The notes: a model not told the origin generated them from the letters alone. Shown: positions 24,391 through 38,620, counted from the stretch's first letter. The stretch is DNA of 64,000 nucleotides from Octopus sinensis (GCF_006345805.1 NC_043000.1:86118001-86182000); one strand, 5' to 3'. Made by a program: numbers and translations.

Positions 24391-25399
24391 CACGTTTGCC
24401 TCTCTTTAGTATTTTAATATAGATCACTCTTGGTCTTTATAAAAATTCCACAAGTAATCAAGGTTGAAGTATTTGCTGACACTAAAGAAGAAGCCTAGAT
24501 TTTTGGATGCTGTTTAAGCAATGTTGTATAAATTCATTGCGGCAGACCATCACAGATTGGGTGTATTAGTATTTCAAGTCACTTTGAAGGGTTAGTTGTG
24601 ATTAGAGTACAAGACAATTGCTTAAATTTTCTTGTGCCTTGAATTACATTAAATGGTAACCCATCTAATGTAATACAGGCAATATTTCTTCATATTTTTC
24701 AAATTTTATTGTTGAATTCTACTAAAATATGGAATTTACCTCAATTACTGATATTTCTGTTGCCTTCGTTCATAAACCTACCACTATTGATTCTCCCTAC
24801 ATTTTCCCCTCCGTTTACTATAAACATACTGACTCATAATCCTAAATCAACTTTTCTACTTGGACCCTTCTAACACTAGAACAGCTATGTTATTCTCTCA
24901 ATTCATTTGACTCCATTGACCGTGGAATAAAGACTTAATTTTCTTTCCAAATCAGACGAAATATACCATTTCTTCTTCATACAGAGTTACCTTGAAGCAA
25001 TTAGTGTATTCTTAGAGGGAAAGCTGCAATACCAAAGCAGAAATGGAATTTGATCAAAATTTTCAAGAATACATCTTAGTGGAATGGAAATGCTTTCTTG
25101 ATCACTACATTATTTTTTAAAAACAAATTGAAAGGCAAACTACAAATATTTCATAACACCCCAAATGTCATCTATCACACACAAAACAACATTACGTACT
25201 GAATGGTAAGATTATGATGTATGATAATGGCAGATCCAGAATTATAATAAATTCAACTCAAACTTAGAGAAGTTCTAATATATGAAAATAATGGGATTAA
25301 AAGCCCAAAAGAAGAGACATTCAGACAAAAAATATCAAGAAGCACGTTATTCTGTTTGTCAACTCTTATGAATTTAGAGTCATCATTGTCATCATCCTT

Positions 25400-25600
25400 A
25401 CAGTTGTTGCCATTGTCGTTGTCATTGCCACCATCATCATTTAACAGCTGTCTTCCATGCTGGCATGTATTGGTGGTTTGTCATAATCTGATGGGTCAGT
25501 GGACTGCCTTGGGCTTCAATGTCTGCTTTGGCATGATTTCTAATGCCAATCATCAAATTACAGAGTGTAATAGTTGCTTTTTCATAGCATCAACATCTGT
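25400..25600 (-). mobile_element. SINE family C 3' part
   Basis: catcatcatttaacagctgtcttccatgctggcatg...taatgccaatcatc. Confidence 0.65.
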
Positions 25601-28539
25601 GAAATCCCCATGTAGCTTACAAGATTAAAACCTTTGATTGAGTAGGACAGCTACAGAAATGTATGCAGTTTTACACTAATATATGAGAGATTAAAGCATA
25701 AGTGGGTAGGGTATGTTTCTTGCTGTGGATGAGTTATATGGCTGCTTTTTGGCTGTTCACATCAAGTGGGGATAATTGGAGAAGCACTAGAATTATAAAG
25801 CTGGTGGAGATGAGGTGTCAGAGTGGGTGTGTTGGTCACATTTCCAACTATTAAGGTAAATGTATTGATTTCAAAGAAAGCACAGTAATCAACGATGAAT
25901 GTCAACCAAAGAACCTTAAAAAGTGCCTCACAAGGGCAAAAATAACAGAATATAACTCTGTATCGCTTGTTAAAACTTGTAGAGATAGACAGTATGGGAT
26001 ATGCAGAACAAGTACCTTCAACAATGTGGAAACTATTTCTGAGATAAAATTTGAAAACAGACAATCTTTCAAAATAACTGTTGGCATGAATTGAAAGAAA
26101 GAAAAGTGTGAATGATTCAGAATACACAAACAACAAATAAAACAGCCAGAATTAAGGAAAATCCTAAAATATGAATGCATAGAAATTAGCAGGAAAAGCA
26201 AATTCAAAATATTTCTTTATTTGCAAATAGTTAAGTGAGAATCACAATATTGGAAAGAAATGGTAAAGCATTTTATCAATAAATTATCTCTATAAACATA
26301 ACAATACTTCTTCAAAAGACAAAATAACACTACTACTTAGCAATAACTTTATAAACATAACTAATTCAAATCTTGAATTTTGAAATGGAGGAAAGAGCTA
26401 CATTCAAATAACAATGTTCTATTTTAACTTCATTTATGTCAACAGATCTTATTTTTAGTAACCAAATTTTTAATAATAAAGTTTTTCATTTTTTCAGGCA
26501 GTAATCTTTTTATCAGTTTCTTAATATACATACATGCATACATGTTGTGTATATGTGGGTGAGTAGGTGTTACTGTGTATATGTATGATTGTGGGTGTGT
26601 GGGTGTATATATATATATATATATTATATATATATATATATACATACATATAGATGGATATAGTTTCAGTTCTTGGAGATAAAGCACCTGCTTGGGTTTT
26701 ATTTTTCTCTTCAAGCCTCCTTCTCCACCCTACTTCTTTTCACAGACTTTCTACCACCATTCTCTCTATCACACCTAACATTCTTGTCCCCCACAGCATA
26801 ACCAACTCTTTAAAGCTATTTTACTCCAAACCTATTGTTTTGACCGATTCTGCCAGCATATTTTCATTCTCTCTTTTTCTCACTCTCTCTCTCTGGGTGA
26901 TCTTATTGTGTTTTTGACCCTTTGTTTCTAGCTTCCTCCCCTCTTTGCTCAGTTTTCTCATTGTTTCCCTTTCTCCTTACCTATTACTTTGATCGCCTCT
27001 TTCCCCTATTTACTTCCTCCCATCTTGTTTTACTCCTACACCATACACAAATCCTCACATACCATTACTTACTGGCTTTCTTCTTTCCCTTCTCATCTGC
27101 TCATTTCTCTTTTTTCTTGTTTCAGATTTTATGATTTGGACTTAAGATCTTCATTCTTTCTCTCTCTCTCATTTTCCCTTTCCAGGCAAGAGCAAACCTC
27201 GAAAACATTAAATATTTTTTCTTCTTCATTGCATAAACCATATTCCTTTGTTTGAATTATCTGGATTACATTCTACTGATGTTGAACATGAGTTTCCTCA
27301 GATTTTAATAGTTTGACTGATACCTGCCCAACAGGAAACTTATGCTCCAAGAGAAGGGAACCTGATATAGTTGGAAGTTTTGTTAATGTCAAGGGCAACA
27401 CATTTGGTTTTGCCAAAGTTGAGAAGCACACAGGAGCTTGATTGAAAAGCAAACTCCTCAACCACACAATCAGAAATATGAAATATACTGGTGCCAGTAC
27501 TGTCAAAGACAGTGCTGTTACCAAAATCCATTCTATTGCAAGCATTCAGGTCAGATCTATGTACTGATGATAATTTCTTTTTCTTTTCCTCCCACAGTCT
27601 CAGGAACCCTAACTAAACCATTAAACTGAGACAATAGTATTGGTAATCCAGTATTGTTTACAAGGTTTGCAAAAGTAAGCAATAAAATAATGGGTGTAGA
27701 ATTATTACATGTAAGTAGAAAAAAATAAGGACATGCACTCAGAGGTAATTTAAGGCTATATAAACCCTGGCCAGAAGTCTTTTATGGAACCTTACATATT
27801 ACAGCAGTATTATATCACACTATGGCATATAAAGGTATCCCAAGTTAGGAACTTTATCAGATATTAAGGGGTATATCTCTATATATCTCTCTATAAATTT
27901 GAGTGTGTGTGTGTGTATACATACATTATAGTATTGAATAGTGAGAATGAGTGCTCAATGCCTAATTTAATGGATAACTATTTGTTATTTATGGATTAAC
28001 AATATTACCATTGGTTTCATATGGAAAGAATTTCAATAATTTTCAAGCAATCCACTTACAGCTGTTGCTAATTGCTTTCTTTGTGGAAGCAATTTTAACT
28101 GGAATGTTTAAAAATTGTGATTATGAAAATTCTTACCACATAAAAACATTAGTAACAGTGTTAATTCACAAGTAATATATATATATATATGTTTGTGTAC
28201 ACACACACACACACATTTATGAATGTATGTATTATTTATAAACACTTCAACATTGAACCAAAGGATTACTCATCACTTTTTAGTTTGCGTGTGTGTGTAT
28301 GCACATACATACACAGATACAAGTGTATGCATACACCATAGAAAATCACTTTACACCTGCTTTTCATGCTGGTGTGTGTTTGAAGAGTCCTTATTGTCTG
28401 AGTCAATTCTTATTCCAAGTTTCTGCCTTTCTGTATGATTCAGCTATGAGAAGTAAGCCATCTATAACTAGTTTTAAACTCCTCTGTTAAGGTTGGAGGT
28501 CTATAACATAACTGAAGTGAGCTGAGAAATGAGCCCTGA

Positions 28540-29730
28540 TACATACCTGCACACTAAATTCCTCCTGAGCTCGTTGTTGACTTGCACTTTGCATACGGTA
28601 CCTTTGAACAGGTTATGGTATCCAGTTATTTTAACAACCACCAGAGCATCGATGGTACTTCATTCCAGCACAAACCTGAATGGAAACTCATCCTACTTGG
28701 TTATGTTATACCTCTTTCAGTAACTGGTCCATCAATTTGTTGCCTCTGTGGTGATCTAGAGCATCATCCTAGCCCTTGTAGTAGGTGATGATGATAGTGC
28801 TGTACTAGTGACACCTTTCAGTATTACCTGATTGGCCCAGTGAATGAATATTCCATATGGTCCAATTACCTTCTCCGTTTTCATATTTTTAATTGTTTTT
28901 GTTTTAATTTATGGTAATCAATTTCACTAACTACCCTGCTCAGATCTCTTTTAAAAAGCTTTCTCTCTCCCATGCAGTATTGTTTAATAACCTGTCATTT
29001 CCTATGTCAGTAAGTGCACTGCTATGATTCCATACACACTTCTTGTTATGCCTCTCATTCTCTTGTCACAAAACACTGGAAAGTCTCTGACTTTCAGCTT
29101 TCCTTCTTGATATGTATATCTAACAACTAGCTTCTCTTCTATATACTTGATATTGATCTTGGTTCTTCTTTTACTTCCAATCTTTCCTGACCTGTCTCTT
29201 AGCTTTCATCAGGCTGGAACTTTTAGTTATTCTCTATGTTATAAAGTCTTTACTTCCTCTTCTCTCTCATCATTTATGTTAAGAAGTACTCTTCGTAACC
29301 TATGACAAGTAAAAGTTCCTTTCACTTCTACAGATTCTCTTGTATCTCTGGATCTGTCTTGTTCTTACTCTGAAGTCGCTAATCAGTAGTTTACATTGAA
29401 TAGTACATTCTTCACCAGAGAAAGATTTAGTATTCACTTTTCTCCATCTGTCCATCCCACTTTCTGATAACTATGAAGTCTAGCTGGCTTGTATATTCAC
29501 TTGATTGGAAGGTGGTCATTTTGCTAAAAATAATTTTGCTAATAGTTGGCTCATTCACATTTCAGAATTCTATGAGCTTTAATTCTTCCTTAAACCATAC
29601 CCATAGCCCCAGAAACCATCATGGTGATGCCAAATATGTCTTTTAAAATCACCAGCTACAATAATGAGGCTATTGTCATTTGTCATTGAGTTAGTTTATT
29701 GGAGGGGCTCATTAAAAGGAACCTTTTACT
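28540..29730 (-). mobile_element. Highly degenerate RTE-type LINE fragment (APE endonuclease to start of RT)
   Basis: Minus-strand remnants SLIIVAGDF..HI....GFWGYGYG (APE-type GDFN motif) and RGNKLMDQ / STIDAL (RTE RT-like); many stops. Confidence 0.55.
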
Positions 29731-31765
29731 TATCTATTAATACTGATTGTGATGTTGTGGTGTGTATGCAGAGATCAGTGTCACTGTCACTGTTATATCC
29801 TTATGGATAAATGAATACAATGCAACAGTGTAATAACAATATAATCGAAACAAATGGCAGTAACCACATGGAACATAACAACAATCTTTTAAGAACCAAC
29901 AATCCAACATGCTAACTCGAACTGTAAACTTTGAACTCCAATTTTGAACTATCAACACACGAACTGTGGAATTAGCATGAACTACCTCACTTACTCAGAC
30001 CACTACTATTTATCTGTAATGGTCTAATCCATTCTTGCCAAGGAGCATTGTACTCTCGCACAACAACCATCTTGTCTAAAGCTAACCTGAATCCAATTAT
30101 TCTATCTCACAATCTCACTAACTCAAAATACTTAATCTATTTTTCTGCTAACAATATGCCTATTCCACTCATTACATCCTTATGACTCACTCAGAAGAAT
30201 TTTTACGTTTGTTCCTTAGTCATAGGTTTTCCAGAAGCTGCCCTCCATGAATCTTCTCTCTGCTACTCCAGGATCTCTACAATTACTCTTCACCGTTGTG
30301 GGCAGCACCTCTAAATGATTATATTGTTTAGAAATATATCTCAATATGGCAATGATAGAGAGTGTGCAATACATCCTTGTATACAGTTTGTGAAGTTTAT
30401 TATATAAAAATCTGATACACATGCGAAATATGTTCAATATACATGCAGAAAAATAGCATAGATATAAAATGTTGATATGAATTTAATCATCATGTATGTG
30501 TGTGAGTTTAAGGGTGAGATTGTGTGTGAGCATATGGATATGCATGTGAGTGTGTGTGAGTTTGTATGTGTGTGTGTGTGTAAAAACAATTTTATTAAAA
30601 AAATGATAAATTTCTTATTAAAAAGCCTATGAAGAGCAGCAGACAAAATCATTTTGAAACACTTTCAATTAATTTTGCTCATTAATCCACATCAATTTGC
30701 CAGCTTTTCAAAGAGAAATTATTCTGTTTAGAACAGAAAAACATGTCCTAAAGTAGATATAGAATTTCCTTATATGGTATTTTGAAAAGAATAGAACTTT
30801 CAATGGCAATGTGTGTATGTCTCTGTGTGTATGCATGCATGTAGGTGGAAGATCTTACCACCTATATACACAAAATGTGTTATTCTCAAAAAGACATCAA
30901 CAAAAGAATGCTGACATTTGCATATTCAATCAAACAACCAATAAAGTAACTCCAGTCAGTGGGAAAAAATATATAAAAACCAACCACCCCCAAGATAAAA
31001 ACCAACAAGAAACAACTAACACCAAAATCTTTTAAAAGGAGTTATTTTCACTCTATATGTTTTGTTAGTTTTTTTCTATCGTCTGATATTTATTTCATCA
31101 ATTGAATACTGCTTCAAAGTATCTGTGACATCTTTGGGCGCCACAGGAAAATAGCTATATTTACCAAAGAAAATGAAGGTTTTTTTTCTTGCTTTTTTTT
31201 GGTATATTATTAGTCTCCATTTTAAAGTGAGTTTTTCTTTCAAAGAAAAAGATAAATCCCCTGAATTTTCTGACAGTTTTTATAACAACAACAACAACAA
31301 CCTAAAGTAAAATTTCAAGAAATGTATACAGAAATAAGTTTTAGGATATGTAAACTGTATGAGACTGGCTGAAAGGGAAGATAAACAATAAAGTCTACAG
31401 AAGTACGAGATCTTAATGGATGAGAGACAATCAACAGTTTAAAAACTAAGGAGGGATCTGTGAGATAATTATCGTCAATTGTTGATATAGGTGATAACAC
31501 AAAAATAAATAACAAAGTCACTGTCTTATGCTCCCAGAAATTGGATGAATGATCTCAAGCAGTCTGCTGATTGGTGACACAAATAATATCCCACTGGTGG
31601 GTTGATGAATTGCTGCTATCTCTAGAGGTCAAGCATTCATTAATGACACGACTAAAGAAGGTCAAAATCATGTGATCTGTTGGTCTTAGTAGGTGGGGAT
31701 TTATCTTTCTGCTAGTGATATAAACAAGATTGCATTTTGCACCAAAAGCCAATATGAGAGTTTCT

Positions 31766-31998
31766 TATTTCTTTACTGCCCACAAGGGGCTACACACAGA
31801 GAGGACAAACAAAGACAGACAAACGGACTAAGTCGATTATATCGACCCCAGTGCATGACTGGTATTTATTTAATTGACCCCGAAAGGATAAAAGGCAAAG
31901 TCGAACTCGGCAGAATTTGAAATCAGAATGTACTGGCAGACGAAATACTGCTAAACATTTCGCCCAGCGTGCTAATGTTTCTGTCATCTCACCGCCTT
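31766..31998 (-). mobile_element. SINE family B, full length with 11-bp TSD
   Basis: TSD TGAGAGTTTCT at 31755-31765 and 32001-32011. Confidence 0.9.
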
Positions 31999-32884
31999 AT
32001 TGAGAGTTTCTCTCATGATAACTACTGCAATATAGTTTGTTTGAACAGAACATCTACATTTAAGTGGGGATAAATGTTACCTCTTAGTAATAATGCTGCC
32101 TCTGTTACAAATAAATATTCAAACTTCAGCTTTTAAGATAACATGGTATGATGTCTAATTATAACTAAATTCTATATGAACTTAAGAGGTATGTTTTTGA
32201 ATTTGCATTAACAGCTGTGGATGAATGAGTAAAGTGGTTGAACAACTTCACAAAGAATTCAAAATGCTTAAAGTTGTACATCTGACATGCATACACACAT
32301 GCATCCTAATTCATGAATGTACTATCTTGCGTCCAAGGATTCATAGAGCCGGTTACTTGATTTCCATAGTGTATAAATGACTGAGATCAAAACAATCTCC
32401 CTGAATGGAATGCTAGTCCATTGGAGAATTTGCAGCTGTGTTGACTGGAGCAACATAAAATGAAAAGTTTTGCTCAAGAATACAAAACAGTGCTCAGCCC
32501 AGGAATTCAAACCATTGTCATACAATTGTTAAGTGCAATACTCTAACCACTAGACCACACACCTTCATACAGTTTGTGAATATAAACAACAAAATGATTG
32601 AAAGTAAACAATAAACAACTTCTTTATTTGCTGATCAACACGGCATGATAGAACTATTATGAAATCTCCGGCAACTTGAATACCATGACAGAAGTGAAGT
32701 GGACATCACAAAAGGTCATCAACAATACAACCCAGGCTCATAGAGGTATCCATGGTGAACTTATGAAATACAAACCAACCAGCTAACTGTGTATGATGCA
32801 ATTAAACCTAATAAGGTGTTCAGAGATGACAATTTAAAAAAATATTTTTTTGAGTGCCACCCTAAAATTAGGAAAAGGATCCTA

Positions 32885-33064
32885 AATGTAGGCATTGTTG
32901 TGTGGTAAGAAGCCTGCTTCCCAACCACAAGATTCACAGTTCACTCCTACTGCATAGTACACTGGGCAAGTATCATCTGCTGTAACCATGGGCCAACCAA
33001 AGCCTTGTGAGTGGATCTGGTAGAAAGAAACTGAAAGAAGTCTGTCATGTAATTGTACATATAC

Positions 33065-33098
<34 letters not shown>

Positions 33099-33325
33099 AT
33101 CTTTGTGTCTGTATTTGTCTCCCACCCACTGCTTGACAACTAGTGCTGGTGTGTTTATGTACCAGTAACTAAGCAGTTCAGTAAAAGAGACTGGTAGTAT
33201 AAGTGGCAGGCTTAAAAAAAAGGAGGAGGAAAATAAGTACTGGGGTTGATACATTCAACTAAAATTTATTTAAGGTGGTGCCCCAGCATGACCACAGTCT
33301 AATGACTGAAACAAGTAAAAGATAA
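32885..33325 (+). mobile_element. SINE family A, full length, diverged
   Basis: gttgtgtggtaagaagcctgcttcccaaccac head through atgactgaaacaagtaaaagataa tail. Confidence 0.85.
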
Positions 33326-33816
33326 AAGAAGCTTTTCAGAAGCTAGGCAAACTAGCAGGACTGTTGTGTAACCTGACATTACACAAGACACTCTTGTATT
33401 ATATAGAACTGTGTAGAAAGTTCTGCCAACAACATTCTGTGACACACTTATAGGGGATTCAGATAATGGCACTTGACAGCCAATATTTGGGTGGCAAAAG
33501 ACGCTTGTCACAAAGATTTCAGGAATAACAATGCACAATAGCTATCATTGGTATTTACATAATCTGCTGTAAAAAGTTACTTAAAACTATTAATCCTTTT
33601 AATATCTTAACCTGCCTGAGACTCCTCCTGATTCTATGACACAAACTTTTGCTTTTAAGTGATCTAAATTAAAACCTTCTGTAAAAACTTCATGTATTTT
33701 ATATTCCAAACATCTACTTTAACAATGACAAAATTATTCTACTAAAATCTTAATCATTTTCAAAATTAGTTGAAACAATCATAGAAATATGGTAACAAAA
33801 GAATTAAACCAATATT

Positions 33817-34217
33817 CTTTTCTACTCTAGGCACATGGCCTGAAATTTCTGGGGAGGGTGCCAGTCGATTAGATCGACACCAGTAAGCAACTGGTACTTA
33901 ATTTATTGAGTCCTGAAAGAATGAAAGGCAAAGTTGACCTCAGCAGAATTTGAACTCAGAACATAAAGAGAGATGAAATACCTATTTCTTTACTACCCAC
34001 AAGGGGCTAAACACAGGGAGGACAAACAAGGACAGACAAACGGATTAAGTCGAATATATTGACCCCAGTGCATAACTGGTACTTATTTAATCGACCCCGA
34101 AAGGATGAAAGGCAAAGTTGACCTCGGTGGAATTTGAACTCAGAACATAGCGGCAGACAAAATACCGCTAAGCATTTCGCCTGGCGTGCCAACATTTCTG
34201 CCAGCTCGCTGCCTTGG
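33817..34217 (-). mobile_element. Dimeric SINE family B composite within one 14-bp TSD
   Basis: ATTAAACCAATATT at 33803-33816 and 34218-34231 flanks two head-to-tail B units with different tails. Confidence 0.8.
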
Positions 34218-34535
34218 ATTAAACCAATATTGGATTTCTATACATCAGAGACAACAGCTGAGTTACTCAGAGAATGGTTTCTTCATGTAAACATAACATA
34301 AAGGAAACAGAGCTAAACTCAATTCAAAATGTGAAACAGACAGAATTGTTAAGATATGGAGGCAATCTCTTGTCGGCAATGATGAAGACAAAATATGAAG
34401 GAAATACACAGGTCACAGACAATGCGAAAACAATAAGCTTGCTATTTGCTGATAGGAAATTCAATAAACAGCTAGAAAATTTTCATTCAATGGCATTTCA
34501 TAAAACAGCTGAAGGTTTTGTGGCAGCACTTTTAC

Positions 34536-34785
34536 CAATTCTTTTTCAAATCTATCTTTACGGCTTGTTGATAGATCTGTGAGCCCTTGTAGGTAAAAGT
34601 AGGAAATATGATTTACTAACAGAAACCATATATATATCTATGTAAATTTTATCTTAACAGAGGTAGCGCTTCTGCAAATCAAGTAAGCAACTGCATCTTT
34701 TAGCCTTACATGCAAGAACAATTTTGAAAGCAATGGAAGTGATTGTGAAATGGTAAACCAAAGACGATAGTTTGCTAACCATCAA
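34536..34785 (-). CDS. Weak candidate pair of coding exons (34710-34785 and 34536-34585), product unknown
   Basis: Acceptors ...ctatcgctgtcacag and ...cttttacctacaag; donors gtaagg and gtaaaa; 124-nt intron. Phases join into LMVSKLSSLVYHFTITSIAFKIVLAWLTDLSTSRKDRFEKEL. No domain recognised. Confidence 0.25.
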
Positions 34786-35535
34786 CTGTGACAGCGATAG
34801 AGGGTGAAGAAGATGGGGAGAGAGAGACACACACATACAAACATAGGAGATAAACAGATAAATAAACAGAGAGAGGGAGAGAGAGAGAGAATTATGGGAT
34901 AGTGTATCCCCACCACTCAAATAAATTGATCCATTCTCAAGGCATGTAATGGCAGAAAATGGAAGTAGCAGTCACATTCAAGTTTCTTTGTTGTCTCTTT
35001 GCTTAACATGTTAACTTGTGCAAAGAAAAACATCTGTTGAATCTCTACAATGCAATTTTATGAATGTGTTATTTTATAATGGAGAGAAAAATTGGTGTCT
35101 TTGCAAACTGGAAACAGCTACATCACCTTGTTCAATGACCAATAAAAGTCAGTAAAACAAATGAACCTTCATATTGCTTTTGAGGCATACACTGTAAATA
35201 GATGGCACATCACCATGATAGTATTTCAATATGGTATGGACCAAAATTTCCACAGATACATGCAATAATGGCTGTCATCGAAGGACTTTACATAATGATG
35301 ATAATTCTCATCAAGGGTTGTTTAAAAATAATCCAGAGAAGTTTGAAGAATAGTCTGAGAAGGACAGAAGAATTTAGCAGAAATCACTATCTAGTAGAGC
35401 TGTTATATTATCATAATGAAATTACTGGTAGATGCAATAGTGCAGGTGATACTTTATTATTGAACCAGATCTGCAAATGGTATCAGTTTCTGGTTGAAAC
35501 TGTTTAGAATCACTAATATTTTTCACAACTTTCTA

Positions 35536-35581
<46 letters not shown>

Positions 35582-35635
35582 TGTCTGTCTGTCTGTCTGT
35601 GTGTAGAACATAAAATGTCAGGGAGTATGAGAGAG

Positions 35636-35898
35636 TATTTATTTCACCAGCTGATATCTATAGGATGATGCCCATTTCAGAGTTGAAAAATTGATATAAC
35701 CAGGATGTTCTGTGATCTGAAGAGCAAGATTCTATATCTGCATTGATTTGTAAATGTTCTGTAGTACTATGCAATGTATAGTATGTATATTAGTACAGAT
35801 ATCTAAAAACATTTATTATACACTAAAGCGAAAACTATTACATGATGAAGGCTATGAAATGGTCAACATCCTATGGATATCATCTGGTGAAATAAATA
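35636..35898. mobile_element. 263-bp MITE with 44-bp TIRs
   Basis: 35636-35679 and revcomp of 35855-35898 match at 40 of 44 positions; both ends read TA. Confidence 0.8.
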
Positions 35899-36559
35899 TC
35901 TTCATCTCCCATGCCATCTGACATTTTATGATCTATATACTCTCCATGAAATAATTTTGTTAATTGAATCCACTGGATTTTAGCTGCATAGGACTCTACA
36001 TTATGCTTCTCTGTAATGGATTACTATATGGTGTGAAGCCAGGTCTACTAGTGGAGACATTTTGTGATTACCACAGAATCCTATAAATCCATATGATGCA
36101 CATTAAATATCTATTTGTGTGTGTGTAAGTAATATAATATATTATATTATAATACAATTTTATATATATACATTGCTTGAAAACAGATGAAAGTTGGTGA
36201 CTAGAGGGGCATGTGGCTGTAGAAAATCAGCCTCAATAAATTCTGCTTAATTCCTTCTTGCATAGACAAAGGGACATTAAATAATAATGATAATATATAT
36301 ATATGTGTATTTTTTTTCATCATCATTAAACTGTTAACACAAATAACTAAACTACTACTGAAATCTCTGGATGAACCAATAAGAATCACAAGTTATAATC
36401 CTAAGCACCAGGTTCACACTCAATGTGAAGATTCAAAAGTTACAGGTTCCATTATTTTATCAAAGAAGAAATTACGGAATTTAAAAAGTTAATGAAAATA
36501 GCAAATATGATGAAGCAGATTTGTTTTCAAATGAGTTTCTTTTATTATCCTTTCTACTA

Positions 36560-36750
36560 TAGGTATAAAGTCTGAAATTTTGTGGGTGGGGCTAGTCAAT
36601 TGCATCACATCTGTGCTTGACTGATACTTAATTTATCGACCCCAAAAGGATGAAAGACTAAGTCAACCTTGCCAGCTTTGGAACTCAGAATGTAAAAACT
36701 GATGAAATGCCTCTAAGCATTTTGTCCAGTGTGCTGATTCTACTTGCTTT
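36560..36750 (-). mobile_element. SINE family B variant
   Basis: gatacttaatttatcgaccccaaaaggatgaaagac...gaactcagaatgtaaaaactgatgaaatgcc. Confidence 0.75.
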
Positions 36751-38566
36751 TCACCCTAGTATACTTAATTATAAAAATATTTTTAGGTTGTATTTGATTG
36801 CTGACGAGTTAGAGTACAGGACTATATATTTTATGGTCTTTAATTTTGTCCCTCTCAGTTCCAAGTTCAAATTCAAAAGTATTGATAAAATAAGTATTGG
36901 AAAATCTCTTTGTTCAATCACATTTCATATGCTTTTCCCCTTAACCAAATAGTCTGGTCCCCAACAAAAACTAATTAGAGAAAATCTTGGTGAAGATCTT
37001 TCGGTCTTCCACCTATAGCATTTATCTTTCATGCAAAACTAATAGAATTTGAACAGAGAAAGAACCAAAGCAGATAAGAAATAGTTTTGTTGTAAATATT
37101 AGGTTTGGTTGTTCTATTCTAGTTGAGAAAAAAGTTGTTAGAAAATTTTGCAGACCTTTATTTTTTATTTCATCTTACTAAAAAATAAATGATATAAAAA
37201 TTTGATTTTTCAACAATTTTGAACTAATTTTTCAGCAAATGAAACAAATAATTTTGAATGAAGTGTGTAACTTTTGGTTTCAAACTTTAAAAACACTTGT
37301 TCAAATATAAATTTTTATTTCATTTTTGAATTTTTTTTGTTTACAGAAAATTGCTTTAACATCTGAACATTTATGTTAATTGAAAAGGAATTTATAAAAA
37401 TATGGTTTCAAAACAAACTCATAAAGTTTTGAATAATTATCTCAGTTAGAAAGAAACTCTATGAAAAGAGAATTCAGCACAGCTAAAACTATGAATATAA
37501 CATTTAATTTTGATATTAGCATTTAAATGCTTAAAGATGGGAGGTAAGAAGGAAGAAAGAAGGGTAGTTGATAAATAAAGAGAAAGGCAGATAGATACAT
37601 AGTTAGATAAATATACACAGAGACAGACATAGATTGACAGGCAAGTAGCTAGCTTGCTAGCTAGATAAACAGAGACATATTATTATATATATATTAAAAG
37701 TCAGGGTAGGATTGTTTGCTGGCCACTTTGTCATTATTTTTTTTAAAGATAATGATAGCTTATTTGAATAATATATATATATATATATATAATATATATA
37801 TATATAGAGGGAGAGAGAGAAATAGACAGACAGACAGACAGACAGATAGATAGATAGATAGTCAGAAAACAAAGTGTTAAATTTGTATATGTGTAGGCAT
37901 GCAAAACATGAACTGATGGCAACAGAATTTTCTTTTAAAAGGAAAACATTGGCGCTAATGGATTTCAGCTTGGAATTAATAGATTTCAGCCTTTTCTATT
38001 TTTCTACACCAGGAAAATGTATAGTCCTACTTCTGAAATGTCACTGAAATTTTTCTTCTTTCTCAATGTAACAAGTGCCCCATCTGGTTAACTATTAAAA
38101 CTAAAGAGAGAGAGAGAGACAAACAGACTGAGACAACAAAGCTATCCAACTAATATAATGTTAGTTTTTTATTTCAAAGATTAACAACAAAAATATAAAA
38201 CTTCCCTAACTCTCTGGAGTTAATTATTTTCTGATATACCATTACATTTGCTGGAAATTAAAAACAAAGAGAGAAGAACAAAAAAAATGGATATAAATAC
38301 AATAATACTAGCTGAAACAAATTGTGTAATTTCATTTTCATTGTTGCATACTTTTATTTCCAGAGAAATGTTGCCATTAACGTTGTAGCTTCATTGTATA
38401 AGTTACATGAATAGGGGGAATTGTAGTTTACAGTTGAAGAAGAAAACAATATTTAAGTTGCAATTAATTTGTAAAAACTACATACACAGTATCATACGTC
38501 TGCCTGCTACAATTATTCAATACATCCTAAATTCCAATTATATTCATTCTGATATGCTGATTTATA

Positions 38567-38620
<54 letters not shown>

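Noticed and set aside
27120-27600. Strong-looking plus-strand acceptors (27125, 27185, 27597) and donor (27549)
   Set aside because: They arise from a CT-rich low-complexity tract; resulting frames hit stops and the implied intron is only 48 nt.
34274-34582. 102-aa plus-strand ORF in unique DNA
   Set aside because: No recognisable domain or convincing splice context; a few ORFs of this length are expected by chance in 64 kb. Same for 35202-35507 and 455-787.
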